25,751 nucleotides of DNA, from positions 1-25,751 of the IMG/VR virus record IMGVR_UViG_3300007231_000040. One strand, 5' to 3'. The stretch's first letter is position 1, and each line of letters opens with the position of its first letter. Made by a program: the position numbers and the translations under genes. The DNA is from a virus (Duplodnaviria; Caudoviricetes). This document shows positions 1 to 8,378 of the stretch, in pieces. The notes under the pieces are model-generated. The model saw only the letters and a list, made by a program, of their open reading frames with translations, ran no database searches and was not told where the DNA came from.

Positions 1-3000
1 GGATGAATTTAGTAGTTTTGCGACTTCTAGGTTTGTTTTTATTCTTATTTTTAAGACTGAAGATTTTATAGCGGCTAATGCTTTTTCTTGTGTTAATAGT
101 TCTGCGCCTTTTTTGGTTAGTTTTGCCAGATTTTCTATGTCGTCTTCATCTGTTAAGGGCCCCTTGGCTAATTTTGTGGAAAGATCTTTAAACTCTTTGG
201 ACTTTCCGCTTTCCTTTATTCCTCTTGTTATAGCGGCGCTTATCAATTTCGGATCAGACGTAGCAAAAGCTTTGTTTATTTCTTCTCTTGTTTCTTTTCC
301 TGCTAGAGAAGCAAAACCTAAAGCTAATCTTGCTTGGGCGTTTTGTTGTTCTGGTGATAATTCTCCAATTACTTTTCTATCTATTCTCAAACCTTTTGCG
401 GCAGATTCTGGGCTAAAACCCTTTACAAGTTCATCCGCTAATTTTCTGGCAGATTCTTTACCTAGTTTTCCAATAACATCACTGGAAAATGTATCTATAG
501 TCGTAGCAGACCCTATAGATCCTGACTGTATTGAACTAGTTCTTACTTCTACATTACTCAAAATTGCTGGCAAATTAAGTTCGGCAACCGCCCCGAGTGC
601 AGCTTGAGTTGTTAGTTGCTGAAGGAATGCGTCACCGCTAATACCTTTTTCTTTTCTTCCTCCTCCAAGTTTGGATGTGTCTGGCAATAAGTCATTAATG
701 TCTTTTGCAAAATTCTTAAGCTCACCTCCTCTTAGACCCTCTCTAGCTATAGCGCCTAAAGCACTAGTATTTAACTTATCCAAAGCGGCCGCAGCCTCTT
801 GTGCTGGGGTTTTTATAAAACCAAGAGCGGTGCCTATTTTTTTTCCTATATCGATATCGAAAGCTTTAAGGCCTGTATTAAGGACCTGAAAACCCAAAGT
901 CAGCTGCCCTACAACAGGAAGAATACCAGAAAGTGTATTGCCAAAACCTCCTCCGTCTTTGTTTTTTTTACCTATTTTTTCAGCTATTTTACCAGCTATA
1001 CCTTCTCCAGCCAAGTTGGCACCAAGTCCCTGAAACAATGTCAAGGTAGTTATAAGTTGAGTTAAACCTTGAGCAGCTGTTCCCAAAACCTTGCCCACGC
1101 CTTCTGACTCTTCCGCTACGCTGCCGAAAGCTCCTTGAAGAACAAACGCAGCAGTACTTAATGCAAAAAGTCTACCAGTTGCATCTTTGGCGGGTTTTTC
1201 AGTAGAACCTCCAGAAGCACTGCCGTCGCTAGCAAAATTAGGAGTATAACCTCTCGCCGCATTTTTAGGTATAGCGCCAGTTGGTTCATCCCTAGTATTA
1301 GTTACAGCAAGACCATTCGGGTTTTGACTGTTTCTTAATTTGCCGCTTTGGTTTATTCTGATTTGGTTGACAGGGACTCCAGCATCTTTTTCGCGTTGAA
1401 TGGCGTCATCGACAGGACTCATTGCAAAGTTAGGTATATAACCAGTAGATGCTTTTTTGGCGACCGATTTTAACCTTCTTTTAGCTAAACTTTTTATGTA
1501 TGAAGATTCTTCTCCATCCCTTAAAGCTTTACCTACTACACTACCAACAGTAGTAGTGGAGGCTGTTCTTTTGGCGTCTGCTTTTTTTAATGCATCACTA
1601 AAACCAAAAGCTTTTTTTAGCTCGCTTGAAGCAGATCCAGTTTCTTCGAAATCAAAAGGAGAGGTTTCTGAGTCTCCGATTGAAGGCAAGCCAGAAATCC
1701 CCTTTGTTATTAAATCAACGGCAGACTCAAATATTCCTCCTTCAGCACCTTTAGAAAATAATTTCTTATTATTCTTTGTGTCTATAAGCTTTGTGGCATC
1801 ATTAAGATCGTTACCTTTAAATAGTCCAGAACCACCCAGTAAGTCCTTACCATAAGATGCTAGTGGTTGTAAAAAATAATCAAAAAGCCTATTTCTGTTT
1901 TTTTCTACAGCATTTTGCAACTCGTTCTCTTGTAAAGATTTTACCTGAACTTTTCTAAAACTTATTGTGTCATAACCTTGCTCAATCAAAGCTTTAGCTG
2001 TCGGAGAAGATAAAGATGACGAGGATGCAAAAGAGGATAAAGGTTTGGGGGCTATATCGAATGGCGTTTCGTTCCCACCTTTGAGGTCGGTACCTATAGA
2101 AGCTATTCCATATCTTCTGCCGTTAACAGATAAGTTCGAAGAAAGATTACTCTTTGATCCAGCTTTTTTGGCTTTTTCTCTTGATTTGGCTAAAGCCTCA
2201 TTAGTCTCTTCCGCATTCAAAGATCCAAAACCTTTCTGGGACTGACCTCGTACGGTAGCACCCCTGGATAAAAGAAGAGCCAAGTCATCTTTCCTACTTC
2301 CAGTTGGTTTTAAACTTGAAAGACCTGCAAAGTTAGGGATAAACCCTCCAGCCGCGTTTATCTTCTTAGCTCCACTAGGCAGACCCATTGACTTAACCAT
2401 GTCTTGGTTGAAGACGGCAGATCCACCACCAGCGTAGTTAGGGACAATAAACTCACTGCTATTAGCGACCATTGTTCCTTTTTTGCCGTTTCCGAACGCA
2501 AAGTTTGGAATAACAACTGGCTTTGCCCCTCTAGGAGCTCCTCCTACGCCGCTATTGATATCTTTTTGTTCAGCACCTACAGGAAGGAATCCTCCAGCAC
2601 TTCTTGAGACCTTGCTTTTACTGCCGCCAGCAACCCCAGCAACAATGCCTGGAGCAACCCTAGAAGAAATTTGTTGAAGCTCTAAAAGAACAGCTTTTTG
2701 ACCAAGAAGGGATTTTGTAAATAACTCAGACTGAAGAACTCTTTTTTGTTCTACGCTTATAGAGGAATTCTCGATAGCAAGTATTTGTTTCCTTACATCT
2801 GAATTATTAAGAAGAATTTGGTAAGTTCTCTCTTCTATACTTTTTAACCTATCTGCTGCATTGCCTATGCCAGCGAAGGTTTTTAAAGATTCCGCTCCGA
2901 ACTTAATGAGATCTATTGAAAGCTTTCCTATTATAACAGCGATTATTCCAATAGCTGGTAATATTAAACCACTAACACCCTTAACAAAGCTTTTTGCAAA

Positions 3001-4257
3001 TTGAGACCCAATACCGTCTCCTTGAAGTATGTCTGTAATTGTTTTGACAACATTATTAACGCTTGATATAAGACCCCCGAAAACATCTGTAACGCCGAGT
3101 TCGCCTAAAGAGTTAGCTAACTCTTCCACGCTTATTCTCGTACCTTGTATGGCTGCAGATAACGTCTTGTTGAGTACCTCGTTCTTTTTAAATGCCTCGT
3201 CTGTCGCGTTTGCAAAAGTTTGTGTAGCTTTTACGGCTATAGAATTCTCTTCGCTGTAGTCCTGAAGCGCTGCGAGTAATGGAGCAATCTGAAATCCTCC
3301 GCCAATTTTGAATGCAACCTGTCTCTGCTGAGATTCGCTAAGTGTATCAAAACTTTTAGCCAGGTTTTCAATAACCTGTGTTGCTGGAAGCAGGTTTCCT
3401 TGAACGTTAGTTATTTCTACGCCAAGGTCTCTAAGAAGAGAAACGCTCTCCTCTTTTCCTATTCTTGTAAAAATTGTTTTAAGTGAGTTTCCGATAACAG
3501 CTCCACCACGGGCAGTCTTTTGCTGTACAGCGGTAATAATACCCCCAAGTTCATCTAAGCTAACACCTGCCTGTTGAGCAACAGAAGCGGAACGCTTAAA
3601 TCCCTCAAACAAGTCTCGCTCTGATACAGCAAACTTGTTCGCGGCCGCACTAACCTTGTTTAAAATCTCGCTGGTGGTTAACCCAGACTTAGAAAATCCG
3701 TTAACTGCAGCAGTCAAACTTCCTACTGCATCAGCCGCGCTAATTCCAGAAAGCCTAGAAAGAATCAATGAATCATTAAGGCGCTTTGTTACCTCTGTAG
3801 CGGACAAACCCTGTCTAGAAAGTTCAAGAGCGGCTTCGGCTACGGTATCAAATGTCTGTTCTGTATTTCTTGCTATATCAAAGATCTGACCCTTAAGTCT
3901 GTCTAATCCAGCAACGTTAGTATTGAGGATAGAGTTTATTTTAGCGAGGCTTTTTTCTACTTCGATGGTAGTGCTAACCAACACCTTGAAACTCTTAGTT
4001 ACGGCAGCAAGAATACCCACAGAAGCACCAAAAGCAATAACACGGGCATTAGCTGCCTCCATTGACTTGGTAAACTCATCTGCTTTACCAGTTATTCGAC
4101 CAAGAGGTTGAGATAAAGATTCAACATTTTTGCCGCTGCCAGTAAAATCAATTTTCAGATTCTTGCTAGCTCTTTTGGCTAGCTGGGAAACTTGTCTTTC
4201 AAGTTGCCGAACGTTTTCTAGCTCTCCTCTTAATGGTAATGGTACTGATTCTGGCAT
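1..4257 (-). CDS. Tail tape measure protein (TP901-family N-terminal core), 3' end truncated by window edge; >1419 aa
   Basis: ATG at 4257 gives MPESVPLPLRGELENVRQLE...FDIARNTEQTFDTVAEAALELSRQG...SASVAQQAGVSLDELGGIITAVQQKTARGGAVIGNSLKTIFTRIG, a typical TMP core. Segments translated by hand were open, and absence from the ORF track fits a frame with no stop before the edge. Lies downstream of chaperone-like genes. Confidence 0.93.
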   Translation of the reverse strand, partial: MPESVPLPLRGELENVRQLERQVSQLAKRASKNLKIDFTGSGKNVESLSQPLGRITGKADEFTKSMEAANARVIAFGASVGILAAVTKSFKVLVSTTIEVEKSLAKINSILNTNVAGLDRLKGQIFDIARNTEQTFDTVAEAALELSRQGLSATEVTKRLNDSLILSRLSGISAADAVGSLTAAVNGFSKSGLTTSEILNKVSAAANKFAVSERDLFEGFKRSASVAQQAGVSLDELGGIITAVQQKTARGGAVIGNSLKTIFTRIGKEESVSLLRDLGVEITNVQGNLLPATQVIENLAKSFDTLSESQQRQVAFKIGGGFQIAPLLAALQDYSEENSIAVKATQTFANATDEAFKKNEVLNKTLSAAIQGTRISVEELANSLGELGVTDVFGGLISSVNNVVKTITDILQGDGIGSQFAKSFVKGVSGLILPAIGIIAVIIGKLSIDLIKFGAESLKTFAGIGNAADRLKSIEERTYQILLNNSDVRKQILAIENSSISVEQKRVLQSELFTKSLLGQKAVLLELQQISSRVAPGIVAGVAGGSKSKVSRSAGGFLPVGAEQKDINSGVGGAPRGAKPVVIPNFAFGNGKKGTMVANSSEFIVPNYAGGGSAVFNQDMVKSMGLPSGAKKINAAGGFIPNFAGLSSLKPTGSRKDDLALLLSRGATVRGQSQKGFGSLNAEETNEALAKSREKAKKAGSKSNLSSNLSVNGRRYGIASIGTDLKGGNETPFDIAPKPLSSFASSSSLSSPTAKALIEQGYDTISFRKVQVKSLQENELQNAVEKNRNRLFDYFLQPLASYGKDLLGGSGLFKGNDLNDATKLIDTKNNKKLFSKGAEGGIFESAVDLITKGISGLPSIGDSETSPFDFEETGSASSELKKAFGFSDALKKADAKRTASTTTVGSVVGKALRDGEESSYIKSLAKRRLKSVAKKASTGYIPNFAMSPVDDAIQREKDAGVPVNQIRINQSGKLRNSQNPNGLAVTNTRDEPTGAIPKNAARGYTPNFASDGSASGGSTEKPAKDATGRLFALSTAAFVLQGAFGSVAEESEGVGKVLGTAAQGLTQLITTLTLFQGLGANLAGEGIAGKIAEKIGKKNKDGGGFGNTLSGILPVVGQLTLGFQVLNTGLKAFDIDIGKKIGTALGFIKTPAQEAAAALDKLNTSALGAIAREGLRGGELKNFAKDINDLLPDTSKLGGGRKEKGISGDAFLQQLTTQAALGAVAELNLPAILSNVEVRTSSIQSGSIGSATTIDTFSSDVIGKLGKESARKLADELVKGFSPESAAKGLRIDRKVIGELSPEQQNAQARLALGFASLAGKETREEINKAFATSDPKLISAAITRGIKESGKSKEFKDLSTKLAKGPLTDEDDIENLAKLTKKGAELLTQEKALAAIKSSVLKIRIKTNLEVAKLLNSS

Positions 4258-4288
4258 AATTGTGCAACCTTTTGTCCTCGCTGTTTAA

Positions 4289-4294
4289 TTACAC
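4289..4294 (-). promoter_or_regulatory. GTGTAA motif upstream of tape measure gene
   Basis: Recurrent intergenic motif; 31 nt before ATG. Confidence 0.6.
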
Positions 4295-4304
4295 AATATT
4301 TCAA

Positions 4305-5291
4305 CTATTGACCTGCCAATTTCATCATTTGCTCCATATTTAACGTGCCCCCAGATTTTTTGATTTCTTCGGAAAGAGAAATAGACTTTCCTCCGCTATG
4401 ATTAAGATCTTGAATATCTTCGGCTGTCCCTCCGAACACAGTGGATGCTGCTGCGTTATCATCAATGAATGCCTTGGAACCACTTTTACCTTTATTTTGT
4501 TTTGCATCAGCAAAAGCTAAAAGCCTGTCTGGATCATCCCTTATGTCGTCTGGTATATCGTCAACGAACTGGAATATACTCTGGAAGACTCTACCAAACA
4601 CAACCATCTTCAATTGATAAACAGAAAGATCGACCAAAGGCTTGCCAAAAAAGTCCTTAGCGTTTTCGCAAAAGGACAAATACAAACTAAAGAACGGTCT
4701 CAATACAGTTTCCTGAATATGTTTTTCGCTTATCTTTTCTGTTATCTCAGACTGTAGAGACCTTAAAGCAATAAGCTCTAAGTCGTCCATCTCATCAAAC
4801 TCGTCTTTGGTGAAAGCGTGTTCATCTAAGTCCTTAGAATCAAATACAAAATACCGAATCATCTCTGTAGATGCCATGTTAGAAGCATAATCTTCGGCAG
4901 TTTTACCCACTATTTCTTTTCTTTTATATAAAAGACTAAAATGCTCTTTTTGTTTCTCAGTTATTGTCTGCTGAACAGATTCTTTTTGAGAATTAAGGAA
5001 TAAGCTATCCTTGGTTTTTTTTAAATTTTTAATTTCAGACGAAAGAGAGGATATTTTTAAGTCGTCTTCATCCGTCCAAAGCCCGTCGTCCTTTACTTTT
5101 TGAAGAATTTCCTCTTCTGTTTCTACACCCCTGTTTATAGCAATATTTTTATACTTTTCGTAGTATAAATGTATATTCCTTTGATCTTTAATAGTAAGGT
5201 GTTTGAGGTATACTGAGCGACCATTAAAGTCAAACTCAGTATACCCATCAAATATTTCACCAGCTAAAGAGATGTAAAACTCTTCATTCAC
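4305..5291 (-). CDS. Putative tail assembly chaperone, TMP-proximal (328 aa, GTG start)
   Basis: Immediately upstream of the TMP; helical and charged; shares motifs with 5295..6080. Function from synteny. Confidence 0.6.
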   Translation of the reverse strand: MNEEFYISLAGEIFDGYTEFDFNGRSVYLKHLTIKDQRNIHLYYEKYKNIAINRGVETEEEILQKVKDDGLWTDEDDLKISSLSSEIKNLKKTKDSLFLNSQKESVQQTITEKQKEHFSLLYKRKEIVGKTAEDYASNMASTEMIRYFVFDSKDLDEHAFTKDEFDEMDDLELIALRSLQSEITEKISEKHIQETVLRPFFSLYLSFCENAKDFFGKPLVDLSVYQLKMVVFGRVFQSIFQFVDDIPDDIRDDPDRLLAFADAKQNKGKSGSKAFIDDNAAASTVFGGTAEDIQDLNHSGGKSISLSEEIKKSGGTLNMEQMMKLAGQ

Positions 5292-5294
5292 GAA

Positions 5295-6080
5295 TTACTT
5301 TTCTTCTTCAGCTTTTGCGTCGTCAGTGAGTTCTCCTGATTCAGCCTTTTCAATAAGCTCATGGAACTCTTCTTGCGTTGAAGCTTGGTTGAAGTACCAG
5401 AAAGCCACTACAGTAGTTACTTTTTTAATCAGGTCCCAATAAAACGGATCATCAGCCTCTTCCAGATCGTAGTAAGATGTAATTTTTTCATCAAAATCTT
5501 CACCTTCAAAGTATTGAACGAACCTATCTCTTTCTTCGTCATAAACAAAAGTAAGATGCAGACAATACCAAAGCAAAACTCTATTTTGAGCCTTTACGTC
5601 GGCAGTGTGATCAAAGAGTGATTGAAAGTTTGATTCAAAATCAATAATTTCTTTTCTATTGACCGCAACTTCCCCTTTTAATTTCTCAAAGCGAGACTCT
5701 TGAGCTTTAGTCCTCTTCTTGACTGTTTCAAGACGAATATACTCGTTTTGCAAGTCCAATGCATCCTTATACATTTTCGCATAGTTATCAGAATCTTCTT
5801 CACTAAAAAGTCCTCCTGTATCACTATACTTTTTACCCAGCATTGCTTTTGTAAGAATACCCCTTTTGATGCACTTACTCATTTCAATAGAATACTCAAG
5901 CTCGGCCTCTTCAAGCTCTCGCCTATTAGGGCGTTTAACCTGAACCTCAATAGGAATCTTTTCCTTGACTTTCTTTTTGGTAATAGTTTCTTCCCCAGTT
6001 TTTTTGTTTTTTCTGGTGGACTCTACGATTTTCTCAACCTCTTTATCGAGGGTGAATTGATATAATTGTTTGTTTTCCAT
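5295..6080 (-). CDS. Putative tail assembly chaperone (261 aa)
   Basis: Two genes upstream of the TMP; acidic and helical; apparent paralog of 4305..5291. Confidence 0.6.
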   Translation of the reverse strand: MENKQLYQFTLDKEVEKIVESTRKNKKTGEETITKKKVKEKIPIEVQVKRPNRRELEEAELEYSIEMSKCIKRGILTKAMLGKKYSDTGGLFSEEDSDNYAKMYKDALDLQNEYIRLETVKKRTKAQESRFEKLKGEVAVNRKEIIDFESNFQSLFDHTADVKAQNRVLLWYCLHLTFVYDEERDRFVQYFEGEDFDEKITSYYDLEEADDPFYWDLIKKVTTVVAFWYFNQASTQEEFHELIEKAESGELTDDAKAEEEK

Positions 6081-6086
6081 TTTCCT

Positions 6087-6374
6087 TTATTTGAATTTAA
6101 AGCTTACTTGATAGTTTTCAATTTCCTTTTCCATGTTCCTTACAGATTCGTTACCATAATCCAATATCCTTTTCCTTATCCATGATAATTTATCTGGGGT
6201 AAAGTGGTCAGCAGTTTTAATTACTGGGTGATATTTTTTCGGCACTTCATCATAAAGTTTTTGATAATGAAAGTCGTGATCTTTTTTCATATCCTCAACC
6301 AACATTAACATCGTCTTAAAAAGAGAAGAAATCTCCTTATAAGAGTGATCATTTAGAATTTTTTTAGCACTCAT
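6087..6374 (-). CDS. Hypothetical protein (95 aa), first gene of the chaperone unit
   Basis: ATG start, fills the gap, ends 6 nt before the next gene's start. Confidence 0.75.
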   Translation of the reverse strand: MSAKKILNDHSYKEISSLFKTMLMLVEDMKKDHDFHYQKLYDEVPKKYHPVIKTADHFTPDKLSWIRKRILDYGNESVRNMEKEIENYQVSFKFK

Positions 6375-6384
6375 ACCGTTTGCC

Positions 6385-6400
6385 TCGTATTATAATACGA
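6385..6400. promoter_or_regulatory. Perfect 16-bp palindrome TCGTATTATAATACGA between divergent genes
   Basis: Seen directly; contains TATAAT and CGTAT on both strands. Confidence 0.6.
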
Positions 6401-6406
6401 AAAAAA

Positions 6407-6412
6407 GTGTAT
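6407..6412 (+). promoter_or_regulatory. GTGTAT motif upstream of head closure gene
   Basis: 8 nt before ATG; switches strand with the gene. Confidence 0.65.
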
Positions 6413-6420
6413 TTTTCAAT

Positions 6421-6882
6421 ATGGCTGGCTTTTTATCTTCATCACAAATATCTGAGATAGAATCTTTATATGGTACTCTCCACGAAACATTCGCTCAAAA
6501 AATAACCGTTTACAAGAACGGAAAGAAGACGCTTATCGCCCATGATCCCAAGTATAACTCAATATACAGCAGGAATGATTTGGGCAAAAGAGATAGCGTC
6601 GAGTATACTGTAGTATCTGAAACTTTCGATGCTAGGATATATTATATCAAAACAGAAGAAGAGTTTTTTAATAATTATAAAAGCCAAACAAAAGTAATTC
6701 TTCCTAAAGGGTCTGTAAAGGTAGTAGTAAAAAAAGAAGCCTTCGATTATATACAGGAAGCAAGAAGAGTTGAATTCGATGGCAGGAGGTTTACCATACA
6801 TACAGATGGTGCTCCTTACGGACTGACGTCCAATCTGTTTTATACATTTTACTTCACTCCACTTGACGAAGCTACAGATTAA
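6421..6882 (+). CDS. Putative head closure / head-tail joining protein (153 aa)
   Basis: Size, beta-rich pattern (TFDARIYY, RVEFDGRRFTI) and position before neck, terminator and tube genes resemble SPP1 gp16-type stoppers. Confidence 0.55.
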   Translation: MAGFLSSSQISEIESLYGTLHETFAQKITVYKNGKKTLIAHDPKYNSIYSRNDLGKRDSVEYTVVSETFDARIYYIKTEEEFFNNYKSQTKVILPKGSVKVVVKKEAFDYIQEARRVEFDGRRFTIHTDGAPYGLTSNLFYTFYFTPLDEATD

Positions 6883-7460
6883 TGATCAGAATACCAAAAA
6901 GCGTAATTAAAAATATAGAGAGGAAGGCTCAAAAAGTCAAAAAGAAGGACTTCCAAAATGTTTTTAAAAAAAGATTCGAAGAGACTAAAGCCGAAATGCT
7001 TCAGGAGTTCCTTTCTCATCCTGTCACGGTTGAGCTTTTAGGAGGGAATTCAAGTTCAAACATTAGCGGGACATTGGGAGGCCAATCTAACCTGTTCGCT
7101 TTTATTGGTTTCAACGCTACTGATAAGCCTGTAGATCAGATATTAAAAATACTAGAACAAACGAGCTTCAAAGATACTGGAGAATCAAATGCTGGAAGAA
7201 AATTTACAGTCATGATTCCCACCTCAGAAGAGATATTTTTGGCAACGCCCATGCCTTGGGCAGCTGGTAGAAGTTGGGCTAGCGGTATCGAAAGAGGCAT
7301 ATCTGGATTAGGTTATTTACTAAATAAATCAAGTGCATCAAGTAGATCTGGTGTAGCTATACAAGCAGATAGAAAGGTTCGTACGGCCAAATTTCAAAAC
7401 GTTCCATACATTTCGGCCCTTCTGAACAAGTACAAAAAAAAGTTTAAAGAAATGTCATGA
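6882..7460 (+). CDS. Putative neck / tail completion protein (192 aa)
   Basis: Basic protein coupled by TAATG and ATGA overlaps between the closure and terminator genes, the HK97 gp10-like slot. Confidence 0.5.
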   Translation: MIRIPKSVIKNIERKAQKVKKKDFQNVFKKRFEETKAEMLQEFLSHPVTVELLGGNSSSNISGTLGGQSNLFAFIGFNATDKPVDQILKILEQTSFKDTGESNAGRKFTVMIPTSEEIFLATPMPWAAGRSWASGIERGISGLGYLLNKSSASSRSGVAIQADRKVRTAKFQNVPYISALLNKYKKKFKEMS

Positions 7461-8329
7461 TCGAGCAACATCACCATAAAGTAACAAACTCATTTATTCT
7501 TTGGTTTGATAATTACTTATTAGACAAAGGTCAGGCCTACAGCAACAAAACAGGTGTTCAATTTGAGCATTATGAAGATGCCCGTCTCGATTCTGGTTAT
7601 CAAGCCTATGGAAGTCCCTACAAGCAATGGGTAACTGATTCTTCAATTCCTGGAGCAGTAATAGCTGACGGAGTCACTGTCGGAAACACGCCTTCAGGCG
7701 TATACGAATCTGGGATAACAGGAAGAAGCGGTATGGCTTTAGATTTCGATAACGGCAGAGCTTTGATCGAAGGAACAAACAAGAATTATAACATCACATG
7801 TGATTTCGCTGTAAAAGACTTCAACGTATACTTTACCAACGATACCGAAGAAGATTTAATCGTAGAAAACAAATACGAACTAAACTCAAGAATATATTCG
7901 GAGCCAGAAGGGCACATTGAACCTTACGACCAAGTAGTCCCTGCTGTATTTATAACTACAGCGACATCACAAAACAAAGGTTTTGCTTTTGGCGGCATGG
8001 AAGAAACAACAATTACAATAAGTGCTTCGGTTTTGGCGGAAGACAGCTACCAATTAGACGGAGTGCTTTCTATATTTAATGACTCAAGAAACGAGTGTTT
8101 TTCTTTGATTCCTATGTCCGCACATCCATTCAACGAATTCAACGATTTAAAAAGTGGAACTTATAACTATAAAGATCTCTCAAAAGAGCACGACAAGTGT
8201 AATAGTTTATATGTCAACGATGTAACCACATCAAAACTGACAGACAGGGCAAGAAAATCTTTATCTAATGATATGTTCGTTGGCTTTATAGATTTCGAAC
8301 TTAAACAACATAGATTTAGACACCAATAA
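7457..8329 (+). CDS. Putative tail terminator protein (290 aa)
   Basis: Directly precedes the tail tube gene; acidic; VPAVFIT...ITISASVLAEDSYQLDGVLSIF pattern resembles lambda gpU / SPP1 gp17. Confidence 0.55.
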   Translation: MIEQHHHKVTNSFILWFDNYLLDKGQAYSNKTGVQFEHYEDARLDSGYQAYGSPYKQWVTDSSIPGAVIADGVTVGNTPSGVYESGITGRSGMALDFDNGRALIEGTNKNYNITCDFAVKDFNVYFTNDTEEDLIVENKYELNSRIYSEPEGHIEPYDQVVPAVFITTATSQNKGFAFGGMEETTITISASVLAEDSYQLDGVLSIFNDSRNECFSLIPMSAHPFNEFNDLKSGTYNYKDLSKEHDKCNSLYVNDVTTSKLTDRARKSLSNDMFVGFIDFELKQHRFRHQ

Positions 8330-8357
8330 ATTTCACAAACCCCCAAAACAACTGTAA
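8330..8357 (+). promoter_or_regulatory. Bipartite promoter candidate ATTTCACAAA-N13-TGTAA for tail tube genes
   Basis: Same elements and spacing recur at 14429..14456 on the minus strand. Confidence 0.65.
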
Positions 8358-8378
8358 CCATTTTAAATAATCATAGCT

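Noticed and set aside
113-4111. Many plus-strand ORFs in the track
   Set aside because: Antisense shadows of the minus-strand tape measure gene.
5295-5400. Programmed -1 frameshift at the chaperone gene end
   Set aside because: No convincing slippery heptamer near the stop, and the next gene is in the same frame.
6385-6400. loxP or dif resemblance (TCGTAT...ATACGA) implying an active inversion switch
   Set aside because: Arms too short, no partner site at 10716-10812, and no recombinase in the window.
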